From the human T2T-CHM13v2.0 reference genome, Homo sapiens, in assembly GCF_009914755.1 (NCBI RefSeq), contig NC_060925.1: 64,000 nt of DNA; one strand, written 5' to 3'. Position 1 is the first letter of the stretch. Every line of letters starts with the position of its first letter. Below, piece by piece: positions 1 to 13,723 of the stretch. The notes beneath the pieces were generated by a model that made no database searches, was not told where the DNA came from, and saw only the letters and a list, made by a program, of their open reading frames with translations. Both the position numbers and the translations under genes were made by a program.

Positions 1-433
1 TGGCAATGATCGTAGAGGGGAAACCTCTCCCTTAGAATTTGTAGCTACAAGCCAATCCCAATAAGAGGATTTACAGCCTGAATTCACTCTACTTGGGTGG
101 TCCAAAAATACCAAACCAAGAATTAATTTAAAGTGGTCTCAAATTGGTAACGACCACAGGCTTCTGGCAGAAGTCAATGCAAATCCCCTGTAGGAATCCA
201 CCTTCAACACAGTCTCAAAGATTGCCCAGAGATAACATTCCGATAGATGAACCCACTGTCACAATTCCATAACACACAAGGTAACCAGGAATCAGCAGAA
301 ACAACAGGTAGTAGATTTAGACCCATGAAGACCTCAAACACTGGAATCATTAGACATAGGATTTTAAAAGATTTCAACATGTTTAATGATGTTTTCAAAG
401 GGTATTCGCAATTATGAGTAAAGAGTGGGCATT

Positions 434-732
<299 letters not shown>

Positions 733-1149
733 CAGTGAGCATCTAGAAAAGTGACTTCATAGATTTTTTAAAAAGAACTTCTAGAAATGAAAAAACAGAA
801 TGACTGAAATTTATAACTCGGTAGATTAGTTTAACAGTAAATTAGACACAGTTGAAGAAGAATGAAACACAGAAATCACAGAAGTAGAAAATAAAGAAGA
901 GAGAGTAAGATACATGGAGAATAGTGTGAAAAGTTGTTACATATACCTAATCATGATTACAAAAGGAAAGGAGAAAAAGAATGGGGCGGAGGCAATATTT
1001 GAAGAGACAATGGTCACAAAATCACCCAGCATCTCTAGAAATGTTCATGAATTTCATAAATATTGCATAAATAATGAAAGTAAATAGCCACACATTTAAG
1101 AATCCAAAAAAAAGCCCAAGCAGATAAATAATCAGAAATCAATACCTAA

Positions 1150-1344
1150 TAGGGTTATGATATTTAGCAAATAAAAATACAAAACTCCCAGTTAAATCTG
1201 AATTTCAGATATGCAATGAAGAATGTTTCTTAGTATAAATATGCCTTATGCAATAACTAGAACATACTGATACTAAAAATGTATTTGTTGTTTGTCTGAA
1301 ATTCAAAGTTAGCTGAGCATTCTGTATTTTTTCTGGTAACTCTA
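1150..1344. mobile_element. MER53 palindromic hAT-type MITE
   Basis: Ends tagggtt...aactcta; internally palindromic; 8-bp degenerate TSD atacctaa/acacctag. Confidence 0.85.
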
Positions 1345-1812
1345 ACACCTAGACATAGCACAGTGAAGCTGCAAAACACCAAAGAAAAAAGAGAAATTTA
1401 TAAAAGCAGCCAAGGAGATGAGACAGATGGCCTCTAAGTCAATGACAATTAGATTAACAGCTGACTTCTCAACAGCAATAAGAGTTGCCAAAACACAGTG
1501 GAATAATGTCTTCAATGTGTTGGAAAAAACATAACTAGTATTCTATAGCTAGAGAAAATAGATTTTTAAATGGGACTGAAACAAAGACATTTTCAAACAA
1601 ATAAAAACTGAGCCAAGTCTGCCATAAACAGATCTCCCCCGCCATTTTTTTTTAATGCTGAAGTACTCCTTCAGCAGGAGAAAAGTGATCCCAGATGGAA
1701 GTCAAAGATGCAAAAAGAACAGACAGCAAGGAAGATGGTGACTATGTAAGTAGATCCAAGCAATAGATTGACCAAACCATTAATATTATGAGGATTAAAA
1801 ACCCAAGGTGGT

Positions 1813-2110
<298 letters not shown>

Positions 2111-3015
2111 TTTTTAAAAAGTGGAATTTAAATACATGACAACAATAGAATGGAAGAGGGATGATGGAGTTTTAGAAGATGCTTGTATTTGTGGGGAGAG
2201 GATAATGGTGATTAATTTTAGAATCTGATTAAGTAAGTGAGTATAGAATAATGACTAAAAGAACTACAGTAAAGTATATAACTTTTAAGGCAATAATTAT
2301 GATGGAATTAGAAAAATAATCACTCTCCCCAAAATGGCTAGAAAAGGCAGTAGGAAAAAAACAGAAGCAGCAAAATACAAAGAAAAAAATACAAATAAAT
2401 TGTAGATTACCTAAAATCTCAGTTATCAGGGTAGGTTTTTTAAAAACGAGGTAAGTACCATTTATGAGAGTGACAATGAAAACATAAATACCCGGAAAGG
2501 CTAAAAGGGAAAGAATAGAAAAATATACTCTAGGCAAATACTAACAAGATGAGAAAAGATTGGGTAGTTATATTAACATCAATTAATTTAACACAAAAGG
2601 TGTCTTTAAGGATAGAGAAGGTCACTAACTAATAATAAAAGGTTCATTTTACCAGGAAGATATAATAATTCTAAACCTATATGCAAGTGATAATATAACC
2701 TAAAAACATTTAGGGGAAATTTGACAGAAATTGACAAATCCACCATCATAGTAGAGATTTTAACACATTTTTTTCAGTAATTGAAAAACTAAAAACACAA
2801 ACCAAAAGTAATCAGTTAAGCATGTAAAAAATTTGACTGAAATAATTAAGAAGCTTGATGTGATGAATATGTATATAGACTATTGCACTCAGCATACTTT
2901 CAAGCATAAATGAAACAATTTTCATAAATATTTCAAAGATTTGGTGTCATGCAGATCAGATTCTCTAAGCACAGTACAAATGAATTAGAAAATCAATGAC
3001 AAAAACCTAACTGAA

Positions 3016-3337
<322 letters not shown>

Positions 3338-3447
3338 CTAATTTATAATAAAAAAAATTTCTAATTGACTCCTGGACCAAAAACAAAATCAGAGTAGAAA
3401 TTAAAAGATATTTAGAATGAAAATATATAAAAAACTTGTAAGATGCA

Positions 3448-3600
3448 GGCCAGGCACAGTGGCTCACACCAGTAATCCCAGCTCTTAGGGAGATAGAGGC
3501 GAGGGCATAGCTTGAGCCCAGAAGTTCGAGTCCTGCCTGGGCAATATAGCGAGACCTGGTTCTCCACAAAAAGGGAAAAAAAGAAAAAAACAAAAACAAA
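3448..3600 (+). pseudogene. BC200 (BCYRN1) RNA retropseudogene, ending in the A-rich domain
   Basis: BC200-diagnostic residues 'cccagctct.agggag', 'atagcttgagccc', 'cctgcctgggcaatatagcgagacc', 'gttctcca.aaaaagg'; TSD aaaacttgta(a/g)gatg. Confidence 0.88.
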
Positions 3601-3873
3601 AAAACTTGTAGGATGAGCTATAGCAACACTTAGAAGAAAATGTATAGCCTTACATGGTTATATCACAAAGAATGAAGGATGAAAACTGAGTTAAATATCT
3701 ACTTAAATAACTCCAAAGAAAGTGGAATGAAGGAAATGATAGAGTAGAAATTAATGAAATCGAGAACATACATTTTAGATGATTAATATAACTAAAAACG
3801 AATTAGTTGAAAAAAACCAATAAACCTGAATCTAAATCATGAAGAAGCAATCAGACAAATTCGAATTTAAGGA

Positions 3874-4467
3874 TGCATTAATTTTCTATTGCTGCTTTAA
3901 CAAATTACCGCAAATTTAGTGGATGAAAACAACATGAATGTATTATTTTACAGTTCTGTAGGTCAGTAGTCTGAGATGGATCTCACCAGGCTAAAGTCAA
4001 GGTGTCAGCAGGGCTGTATGCCTTTCTGTGGGCCCTAGGGGAGCATCCGTTTTCTTCCTCATTCTGGTTATTGGCGGAAATCAGCTCCTTGTGGTTGCAA
4101 GACTGAAATCCCCATTTCCTTACTGGCTGTCAGCTTAGGGCCATTTCCAGCTTCAAGGGGCCACCTCCATTTCTTGGCTCACATCCCCTCTTCCATCTTC
4201 AAAGCCAGCAACAGCAGGTTGAGTCCCTCTCACGCTTTGAATCTCTCCTCCTTCCACCTCATCTCTCTGACCCAGCCCATAAAGGTTCTCTACTTTGAAG
4301 GACCCATGTGATTAGATGGAGCCCACCTTGATAATCTAGAATTCTCTTACCATCTCAAGGGCCCTTAATCACATCTCCAAAGTCTCTTTTGCCATATAAG
4401 GTAACATAACCACAGGTTCCTGAGATTAGGGCATGGATATCTTTGCAAGTCCATTTTTCTGTCTATA
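3874..4467 (-). mobile_element. MLT1 (MLT1E-like) MaLR solo LTR
   Basis: 'ctattgctgctttaacaaattaccgcaaatttagtgg', 'aaagtcaaggtgtcagcagggctg', 'ttttgccatataaggtaacata'. Confidence 0.85.
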
Positions 4468-4847
4468 GAGGGACATTCTGTTAACTGTTCTGAACCTTTC
4501 AAAAATGCCAATGTTATAAAAGACTTAAAAAAAAAAAGGCTGGTAACCTGTTGTAGATTAAAGGAGAGCAAAGAAGCATGACAGTTGAATGCAATATGCA
4601 ATACCTGATTAAATCCTGGATTAAAAGAGATAAAACAGCTATAAAGTTCATTATTTTGACACTGGAGAAATTTGATTTTGGACTATATATTAGATCATAG
4701 TATTTTACCAATGTTAAAGTTCCCACGTGTGATCATCGTATTGTGTTATGTAGGAGAATGTCTTTTCTTTTAGGAAATATATGATTAATTGTTTCTGGGT
4801 AGAATGTCATGAGATCTCTAACTTACCCTAAAATAACTCTGAAATCA

Positions 4848-4925
4848 ATGAGAGAAAGAGAGAGGGCAGAGGGAGAGAGAAGAGAGAAAGAGGAGAGAGA
4901 GAAAAAAAAGAGAAGAGAGAGAAAG
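4848..4925. repeat. GA-rich low-complexity tract
   Basis: Nearly pure purine run. Confidence 0.85.
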
Positions 4926-5496
4926 TGGGCATAGATGTAGCAAAATGTTAACATTTGGTGAATCTACGTAAATAATGAATAAGTCTTGCAACTTTTGATA
5001 GGTTTCAAACTTTTCAAAATATGTTGTGTCAGAATTTATGCTGAAAGAGACAAGATTAACAAAACTGAAAGATGTTCTGACAAAACTGATTTTTAAAACT
5101 GAAAATTCAAATAATAATAGAAATGAGAAAGAGGTCATAACTGCAGATGCTATGGAGAATGAAAAGATAAGGAGCAGATATTACAAACAATTTGAATGCT
5201 TAGACAAATTAGACGAATTCCAAGGAAGAAGTATAAATTACCAAAACTGACTCAGGAAGAAATAGAAACTCTGAATAACCCTAAAACTATTTAAAATTTT
5301 TGCTTCCATATAAACCTCACAAAGAAAAGATCAACAAAGATGATTTTATCCAAAAAAACTGGGAGTAAATATTTCCAAATTCACACAAACTATTTCAGAA
5401 TCATAGAAAAGACAGAACACTCCCCAGCTCATTTCATTATGCTTAACCTTGATTCTAAAACCTATTAAGGGCAGTATGATGAAGAAAAATTACATG

Positions 5497-5613
5497 CCAA
5501 GCTCACTCATGAACATAGATGTAAAAATCCTAAGTAAAATACTAGAAAACCAACCCCAATCTCACTCATGAACATAGATGCAAAAATTCTAAGTAAAATA
5601 CTAGAAAACCAAC
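5497..5613. repeat. 59-bp tandem duplication inside the L1 ORF2 remnant
   Basis: 'ctcactcatgaacatagatg..aagtaaaatactagaaaaccaac' at 5502 and 5561. Confidence 0.9.
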
Positions 5614-5749
5614 TAGCAATAGGTAACAAAAAGGGTAATAAATACACCATAACCAAGTTGTGGTTATTATTTCAGAACCCAAGATTGGCTTATCATTACA
5701 AAACCACTTAATATACTTCACCACATTAACAAATTAAAGAAGAAAAATA

Positions 5750-6047
5750 GTCTGGGCGAAGTGGCTCACGCCTGTAATCCCAACACTTTGAGAGGTCGAG
5801 GTAGGCGGATCACGAAGTCAGGAGTTCGAGGCCAGCCTGGTCAACACAGTGAAACCCCATCTCTACTAAAAATACAAAAAAATTAGCCAGGCATGGTGAT
5901 GGGTGCCTATAATCCCAGCTACTCAGGAAGCCGAGGCAGGAGAATCACTTCAACCCGGGAGGCGGAGGTTGCAGTGAGCCAAGATTGTGCCATTGCACTC
6001 CAGCCTGGGCAACAAGAGCAAAATTCCATCTCAAAAAAAAGAAAAAT
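5750..6047 (+). mobile_element. Alu (AluSq/Sg-like)
   Basis: Dimeric Alu, 'caacaagagc' right end. Confidence 0.93.
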
Positions 6048-6048
6048 A

Positions 6049-6345
6049 GGCCAGGAATTGTGGCTCATGCCTATAATCTCAGCACTTTGGGAGGCTGAGG
6101 CGGGCGGATCCCTTGAGTCCAGGAGTTCCTGGGCAACATGGTGAAACACAGTCTCTACAAAAAATACAAAACTTAGCCAGGCCATGGTGGTGCGTGCTTG
6201 TGATCCCATTTACTTGGGAGTCTGAGGTAGGAGGATTTCTTGAGCCCAGGAGGAGGAAGTCAAGGCTCCAGTGAGCTGAGATTGCACCACTGCACTCCAG
6301 CCTGGGCGACAGAGTAAGACCCTGTTTCAAAAAAAAAACAAAAGA
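6049..6345 (+). mobile_element. AluJ
   Basis: Dimeric Alu directly after the previous Alu; shared aagaaaaat flanks. Confidence 0.93.
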
Positions 6346-6876
6346 CGAAGAAGAAGAAAAATGATGTGATCATTTCAGTTACACAGAAAAATCATTTGGT
6401 ATAATTCAATACCCATTCATGATAACAAAAATAAAAGTTTGCAAAGTAGAAGTAAAAGGGTGATTCTGCTGAAAGCATTTGAGAAAAAAAAGTAAAAAGG
6501 AAATCTCTTAACTTGTTGAAGGGTACCTGAGAGAAAGAGAAGAAATAAATCTACCTTAATCAAACATCATACTCAATTATGAACACTGAAAGCATTCTCT
6601 TTAAGATCATGAGCTGGTTAGGGGTCTCATTATGGAGACCCTATCAATGGCTCTACTTCTCACTATACTGAAGTTCCTAGCTAATGTAGCTACAGAATAC
6701 TTACAAACAAGAGGTATATACATGAAAAACGAAGAAAAATAATGCCATTATTATGTATAGAAACAAAATTTACATACAAATTATTAGAATTAATAAAAAT
6801 ATGAAGAATGATTACAGAATACAGAATAAGTCTATAGGAATCCATTGCATTTCTTTTTTAAAATTTCTTGTTTTAA

Positions 6877-7196
<320 letters not shown>

Positions 7197-7266
7197 TGTT
7201 TTAACTTTTGTATTTTAATCTTTAAAAAAAAAAATTGTAAATATTTTCTTGTCATTATTTTAATCT

Positions 7267-7379
7267 ACAAACCCTTGTGTCGAAAGCTGACTTTCAATAG
7301 ATTGCAGCGAGGGAGCTGCTCTGCTAAGTACAAAACCCCGACCCAGAAGCAGGTCGTCTCCAAGTAGTTTAGCTCCAGG
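7267..7379 (-). pseudogene. 28S rRNA 3'-terminal retrocopy (LSU-rRNA fragment); whole insert ~6855-7376
   Basis: Reverse complement matches the 3'-terminal ~113 nt of 28S ('gacgacctgcttctgggtcggggttt..agcagagcagctccctcgctgc.atctattgaaagtcagc..tcgacacaagggtttgt'); 19-bp direct repeat aggaatccattgcatttct at 6836-6854 and 7377-7395. Confidence 0.93.
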
Positions 7380-7897
7380 AATCCATTGCATTTCTAAACA
7401 CCAGCAATAAAATTTGAAAATGACAGTTTAAAAATACAATGTAGTATAAACAAAATTTGCAGTAACATCAAAAAAATATAAAGTACCCAGGATCAAATCA
7501 AACAAAAATTGTGCAAGGCCTTTGTAGCGAAAATAAACATCTCTCTTTAAATAAATGCAGAAAGATACCATCAATCAAAAGACACAACAAAATAAACACA
7601 ACAGTTTTCCCTCCACTGCTCTATAAATTCAGTTTAATTCCATTCAATTCCAATAAAACCCCAAGCAGTATTTATTTTGTAGAACATTCAGCCTAATTGT
7701 ACAATATATGCCACAGTACAAAACACAAAAATACTTCAAAAGAGAAACAAAATGGGATTTGTCTTTAAAAATATCAAAGATTATTTTAAAGCTGTTAATT
7801 ATTAAGACAATGAAATACTGTCATGGGATAGAAAAATTGATCAATAGAAAGAATAGAGGCTAGAAAGAGAAATATATCAACATAAGAGTTATGACCT

Positions 7898-8202
<305 letters not shown>

Positions 8203-8495
8203 TTATGACCAACTTGGCATTAAAGATAAATGAGAAAAGGATGGGTTCCTCAAAGATGGCTGCAAGACAATTGGTTATATGTAGGGGAAAGAGGTGACAT
8301 TAGATCCTTACCTCACACCATACACTGAAATGAGTCAAAGGTAGATTAAGGACTTAAAAAACTTTTTAGTAGACAAAAGAGAATAATTTTGTATGACTTT
8401 GGGGTAGGAGAAGGACTTCTTAAACAAGAGATAAAAGAACTTACCACAAATGAAAAGAATGATAAAATTGATTCATTAAAATGTGAACTCCTTTT

Positions 8496-8878
8496 TTAAA
8501 AAATTTTTATTTCCATAGGTTATTGGGGAACAGGTGGTGTTTGCTTACATGAGTAAGTTTTCAGTGGTGATTTGTGAGATTTTGGTGCACCTATCACGCA
8601 AGCAGTATACATTGCACCCAGTTTTTAGTCTTTTATCTCTCACCCCATTCCCACCCTTTCCCCCTAAGTCCCCAAAGTCCACTGTGTCATTCTTATGCCT
8701 TTGCATCCTCATAGCTTAGCTCTTACTTATGAGTGAGAACATGCAATGTTTGGTTTTCCATTCCTGAGTTACTTCACTTAAAATAATAGTCTCCAATCTC
8801 ATCCAGGTTGCTGCAAATGCCATTAATTCATTCCTTTTTATGGCTGAGTAGTATTCCATCGTATATATATATACCGCA
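8496..8878 (-). mobile_element. L1PB1-type 3' end, 5'-truncated
   Basis: 'ataggttattggggaacaggtggtgtttg', 'ccccaaagtccactgtgtcattcttatgcctttgcatcctcatagcttagctc'; TSD taaaatgtgaa..c.tttt. Confidence 0.85.
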
Positions 8879-10039
8879 TAAAATGTGAATTTCTTTTATC
8901 AAAATGCATTATAAACAAAATGAGCAAACAAGCCACAAACTGGGGAAAGACATTTACCACCCGTAATCAGATTAACATCTGATATAGAACTCTTATAAAC
9001 CAAGAAGTAAAAAATAAAACAATCTAATAGAAGACTTAAAGCAAGCAGTTCACAGAAGAGAAAACCCAAATAACTAATAGACATGTAAAGACATCCAACC
9101 TCATTAGTATTCAGAAAATGCAAATTAAAACTGTAATGTGTTACCACATTTGCAGAATCACAAAGTCTAATCATATTGAGTATAATCAAGGATCGTGGAA
9201 CAGTACATTGTTGAACAAAGTCGGTCATAGTGCTTGATTCTGATCTTACAGGGAATATATATACTGCTGGTGGGAGTGTAAATTGAATCAAGCCCCTTAG
9301 AAAACAATTTTATGTTATATGGAAAAGCTGACAATGTACCTTCTCTTCCCCTCCTAGGTACCTACTCTGGAGAAATTCTGTACACACGCACTAGAAAATG
9401 TAGACAAAATGCTCATAGTAGCACTGTTTGTAACAGCAAAAACTGGAAACAATCAGAAAGTCAACCAACTAGAGAATGCATAAAACAAATGGGGAGCATA
9501 AATAAATACATGTAGAATGTGAGATAATATGACAGAGAAAATAAATAATGAATTACAACTATGTACAGCAACATGGATGTATCTCAGAAACAAAATGCTG
9601 ACTATTAAAAGCAAGTCGTGGAAGAATATAAGATTATATGCTTATGAACTTCAAAAATGCAAAAACTAGACAATATTTATTCTCAGAAATATAGTCATAC
9701 AGTTAAAATACCTCTGAGGTGGGAAGGTTAGGGGATAAGATTGAAAAGGAGGCACACAAAGGACCTCAAATGTAATGGTAAAGTTGTTTTCTTACAAAAG
9801 GTGGTGAGTGATGGGGAGGAAGAGAGGAGTCAATGTTAATTCATTGAGGGAGGTTTTCCAAGTCAGTTTTCACTGAAAGGAGGGAAGATGGGCCCCGTGT
9901 ACCCTTTACTGAGTGTGTTGGAAAGCAGAGATGAGGAAAATTGGGAGAGACAAGCAAGTAAGAGAGATCGGACAGTCTGGTGGGGACAATGGAAAGGGCA
10001 GACCACAAGTTGGGGGAGGATGGAAAGGTCCCCATTAAG

Positions 10040-10125
10040 GCCTTTACTATGTGTCAGCTCATTAATCCTTACAATCCAATGAGAGAGGTATTATACTCAT
10101 TTTACAGATGAGGAAACTGACATAC
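10040..10125 (-). mobile_element. MIR fragment
   Basis: Core 'cattttacagatgaggaaactga'. Confidence 0.7.
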
Positions 10126-10149
10126 TCAGGACACTTGGCTGACTCCTCT

Positions 10150-10360
10150 TCTAACTCTCAAGTACCCCAAGGTTCATCTCTTAGGCTTCTAGGAACTCAC
10201 CCAATCCACAGCTTTAAATGTCACCTGTCCACCGAAGACCCTCACATTGATTATCTCTAACCGAACCTCCCCTGTTAGCTCTAGCAGCCTGCTCAACTTC
10301 CACACTTGGATGTCTAATCAGCATCCCAAATCTAACACATCGAATGGAAATGCTTGCTTT
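10150..10360 (+). mobile_element. L2 fragment
   Basis: 'cacacttggatgtctaatcagcatcccaaatctaacac'. Confidence 0.6.
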
Positions 10361-10449
10361 TTCTCAGGGGCAAAGCATCAGGACCCAAGCATAGTGAGGA
10401 AGACATGTGTACAGGAGGTCAGCCCTCAGTAGGGTGAAATAAATAGAAA

Positions 10450-10740
10450 AGTAATGAGATACCTGGGAGCAGCTGCCACCACCCCCACCCACAATAGCAA
10501 CCAGCACACCTAGTGCCCAGATCTTGGTTTCTAAATACATTCTTTCCTGAAAAGAACCACACATCCTTAGAGAATTGGTTTGTTCCAGGGCTAGGGCATG
10601 GAAAGTACAAGATGGGCCTGGAACATCTTGTTGTACCAGAAAGAAAGGAAGCACTGTCCTTTCAAAATGACAGAAAGCAGCCTAAAAGGGCTCCCACTGG
10701 CTAAATCAGGGACGATTTGAGTCTTAAAAATAATATAATA
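10450..10740 (+). mobile_element. L1MC/MD 3'UTR fragment (appears to continue at ~13724-14050)
   Basis: 'agcacacctagtgcccagatcttggtttctaaatac', 'ggaaagtacaagatgggcctggaacatcttgttgtaccagaaa'. Confidence 0.65.
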
Positions 10741-10950
10741 ATTTAAATGTAATCCATCACATCAACAGGCTAAAGAAGAAAAATCACATGATCATATCAG
10801 TAGATGCAGAAAAAGCATTAGACAAAATCCAATACCAATTCATGATTTAAAAAAATAAGTAAAAACTCTCAGCAAACTAGGAATAGAGAGGAACTGCCTC
10901 AACTTCACAAAAAGCATCTACCAAATAAACCCACAGATAACATCATACTT

Positions 10951-10983
10951 CACTTGATCTTAGCCAAAAGGCCGTGAGGCTAT
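10951..10983 (-). pseudogene. Tailless 3'-truncated U2 snRNA retropseudogene (U2 nt 1-33)
   Basis: cacttgatcttagccaaaaggccgtgaggctat matches the reverse complement of U2 1-33 at 30/33; perfect 16-bp TSD agataacatcatactt (10935-10950, 10984-10999). Confidence 0.93.
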
Positions 10984-11329
10984 AGATAACATCATACTTA
11001 ATGGTGAGAAACTAGAAGCTTTTCTAAGATCAGGAAAAAGGCAAGGATGTCCCTTCACACAACTCCTTTTCAACATACTGGAAGTCCTAGCTAATGCAAT
11101 AAGAAAAGAAAAGACATACAGGTTGGGATGGAAGAAATAAAACTGTCTTTGTTCACAGATGACAGGAATATCTATGTAGAAAATCTGAAAGAATCAAGAA
11201 AAAAGAAACTTCTGGAATGAATAGCAATTACAGCAATGCCACAGAATACAAGGTTAATATACAAAAGTCAATCACTTTCCTACGTACCAGCAATGAACAA
11301 GTGGAATGTGACATTAGAAACACAATACC

Positions 11330-11638
11330 GGCCAGGCACAGTGGCCCACTCCTGTAATCCCAGCACTTTGGGATGCCAAGGTGGGTGGATCATTTGAGGT
11401 CAGAAGTTCAAAACCAGCCTGGCCGACATAGTGAAACCCCATCTCTACTAAAAATACAAAAATTAGCTGGGCGTGGTGGTGGGCACCTGTAATCCAAGTT
11501 ACTTGAGAGTCTGAGGCAGGAGAATCACTTGAGCTCCGGAGGCAGAGGCTGCAGTGAGCCAAGATCATACCCCTGCACTCCAGCCTGGGAGACAGAGCAA
11601 GACTCCATCTCAAAAAACAAATCAATGAAACAAAAAAA
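11330..11638 (+). mobile_element. AluSz/Sx
   Basis: Dimeric Alu within L1. Confidence 0.93.
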
Positions 11639-12521
11639 TGCCATTAGCACCCCAAAAATGAAATACCTAATTATAAATCTAACAAAATATAAGTACAAGA
11701 TCTATATAAGGAAAACTACAAAACTCTGATGAATTAAATCAAAAACTAAATAAATGGAGAGATAGTCCATGTTCATGGAATATGAACTGGAGAGATGCCA
11801 GTTCTCAACTTGATCTATAGATTCAATACAATCTCAATCAAAATCCTGACAATTATTTTGTAGATAGTGACAAACTGATTTTATATGGAGTGGCATATAA
11901 CCCAGAATACCCAACACAACAATGAAAGAGAGCAAAGTTAGAGGACTAACACTATTCAACTTCAATACTCACTATAGAGCTACAGTAATCAAGACAGTGT
12001 TGCACTGGCAAAAGGGGAAGCAAATAGATCAATAGAGCATAATAGATAATCCAGAAATAGACCCACATAAATATAGTCAACTGATCTTTGACAAAGGACC
12101 ATGGGCAATACAGTGGACCAAAAATAGTTTTTTAATCAACAGAAACTATTTTGTTGATTAAAAATGGTGTTAGAATAGCTGGACACATACGAAAAAAATG
12201 AATCTAGACACAGACTTTACACCTTTCACAAAAATTAACTCAAAATGAATCAGAGACCTAAATGTAAACCACAACATTATAAGATTCCTGGAAGATAATA
12301 TAGGAGAAAAACTAGTTAGCCCTGTGTGAGGCAATGATATTTTAGATACAACATCAAAGGCAAAATCCATGAAAGAAATAATTCATAAGCTGGACTTCAC
12401 TAAAATTAAAACCATCTGCTCTGGGAAAAACGTTGCCAAGAGAATGAGAAAACAAGCCACAGAATGGGAGAAAGTATTTGCAAAAGTCATATCCGATAAA
12501 ATACTGTTATCCAAAATATAC

Positions 12522-12692
12522 AGCCAGGCACCATGGCACACACCAGTGGTCCCAACTACTCAGGAGCCTGGGGCAGGAGAATTACTTGAGGCTAGGAGTT
12601 TAAGGCTGTAGTATGCTGTGATCATTCCTGTGAATAGCCACTGCACTCCAGCCTGGGCAACATAGCAAGACTCCAACTCAGGAAGAAAAAAA
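12522..12692 (+). mobile_element. FAM (fossil Alu monomer)
   Basis: Monomer carrying the 7SL-derived 'cctgtgaatagccactgcactccagcctgggcaacatagc'. Confidence 0.8.
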
Positions 12693-13646
12693 TACAAATA
12701 ACTCATAAAATTCAACAATAAGAAAATGAACAACCTGATTAAAAAATGGGCAAAAGACCTGAACAGACCCTTCCTTCACTAAAGATGATATACAGATGGC
12801 AAATAAGTATATGAAAAGATGCTCAATATCATATATCATTATGGAATTGCAAATTAAAACAAAAATGAGATATCACTACATACCTGTTAGAATGTCCAAA
12901 ATCCAACAGGAACTCTCATTCATTGCTGATGGGAGTGCCAAATGGTACAGCCACTTTGGAAAACAGTTTAACAGTTTCTTACTAAACATAATATACTAAA
13001 AACTAAACATATGATCAAGCAATCGTGTTCCTTGGTATTTATCCAAATCAGTTGAAAACATGTCCACAAAAAACCCTACACACAATGTTTATAACATTTT
13101 TGTTGCCAAAACTTGGAAGCAACCAAGTTGTCTTTCGGTAGGTGAATGAATAACTAAACTGTGGCACATCCAGACAATGGAATATTATTCAGCACTATAA
13201 ACAAACTACCAAGCTATGAACATTTGAATGCACATTATTAAGTGAAAGAAGCCAATCTGAAAGGTCTACATACTTATAATTCCAATTCTATGACATTCCA
13301 GAAAAGGCAAAAATATGGATGGGGAGGGATGAATAGGAAGGGCGCAGAGGATTTTTAGGACAAGCGAAACTATCCTATATGATACTATAATGGTGGATAC
13401 ATGTCATCGTACATTTTTCAAAACCCATAGAACGTACAGCACCAAGAGTGAATCCTAATGTAAACTATAGACTTTGGGTGGTTCACTAATTATAAAAAAT
13501 GGACCACTCTTTCATGGAACATTGATAGTGGAGAGGCTCTGTATATGTAGGGTGAGGTGGTAGATGGCAAATCTGTGTAACTCCCACTCAATTTTTCTGT
13601 GAACCAAAAACTGTCCTGAAAAATAAAGCCTATTAAAAAAAAAACA

Positions 13647-13723
13647 GGCCAGGTGCGGTGGCTCACACCTGTAATCCCAGCACTTTGGGAGGCCAAGATA
13701 GGTGGATTGTTTGAGCTCAGGAG
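13647..13723 (+). mobile_element. Alu 5' fragment (3'-truncated)
   Basis: Alu start up to 'gagctcaggag', then an abrupt switch to L1 3'UTR. Confidence 0.9.

Larger units (their letters stand above)
3820..5020 (+). mobile_element. L1MC4/5-type 3'UTR fragment, interrupted by an MLT1 LTR
   Basis: 'aacctgaatctaaatcatg..caatcagacaaa' and 'gattaaaggagagcaaagaagcatgacagttgaatgcaa'. Confidence 0.65.
10745..13640 (+). mobile_element. L1MC1/2-like element, ORF2 3' half plus 3'UTR (decayed)
   Basis: RT-region 'cacatgatcatatcagtagatgcagaaaaagcatt'; 3'UTR 'gatactataatggtggatacatgtcat', 'agagtgaatcctaatgtaaactatagac'; ends aataaagcctattaaaa. Confidence 0.85.

Noticed and set aside
7267-7379. Functional rRNA gene
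   Set aside because: Only a diverged ~113-nt 3' fragment with retrotransposition hallmarks.
12369-12999. L1 ORF2-like peptides
   Set aside because: Short frames within a decayed, interrupted L1; not an active element.
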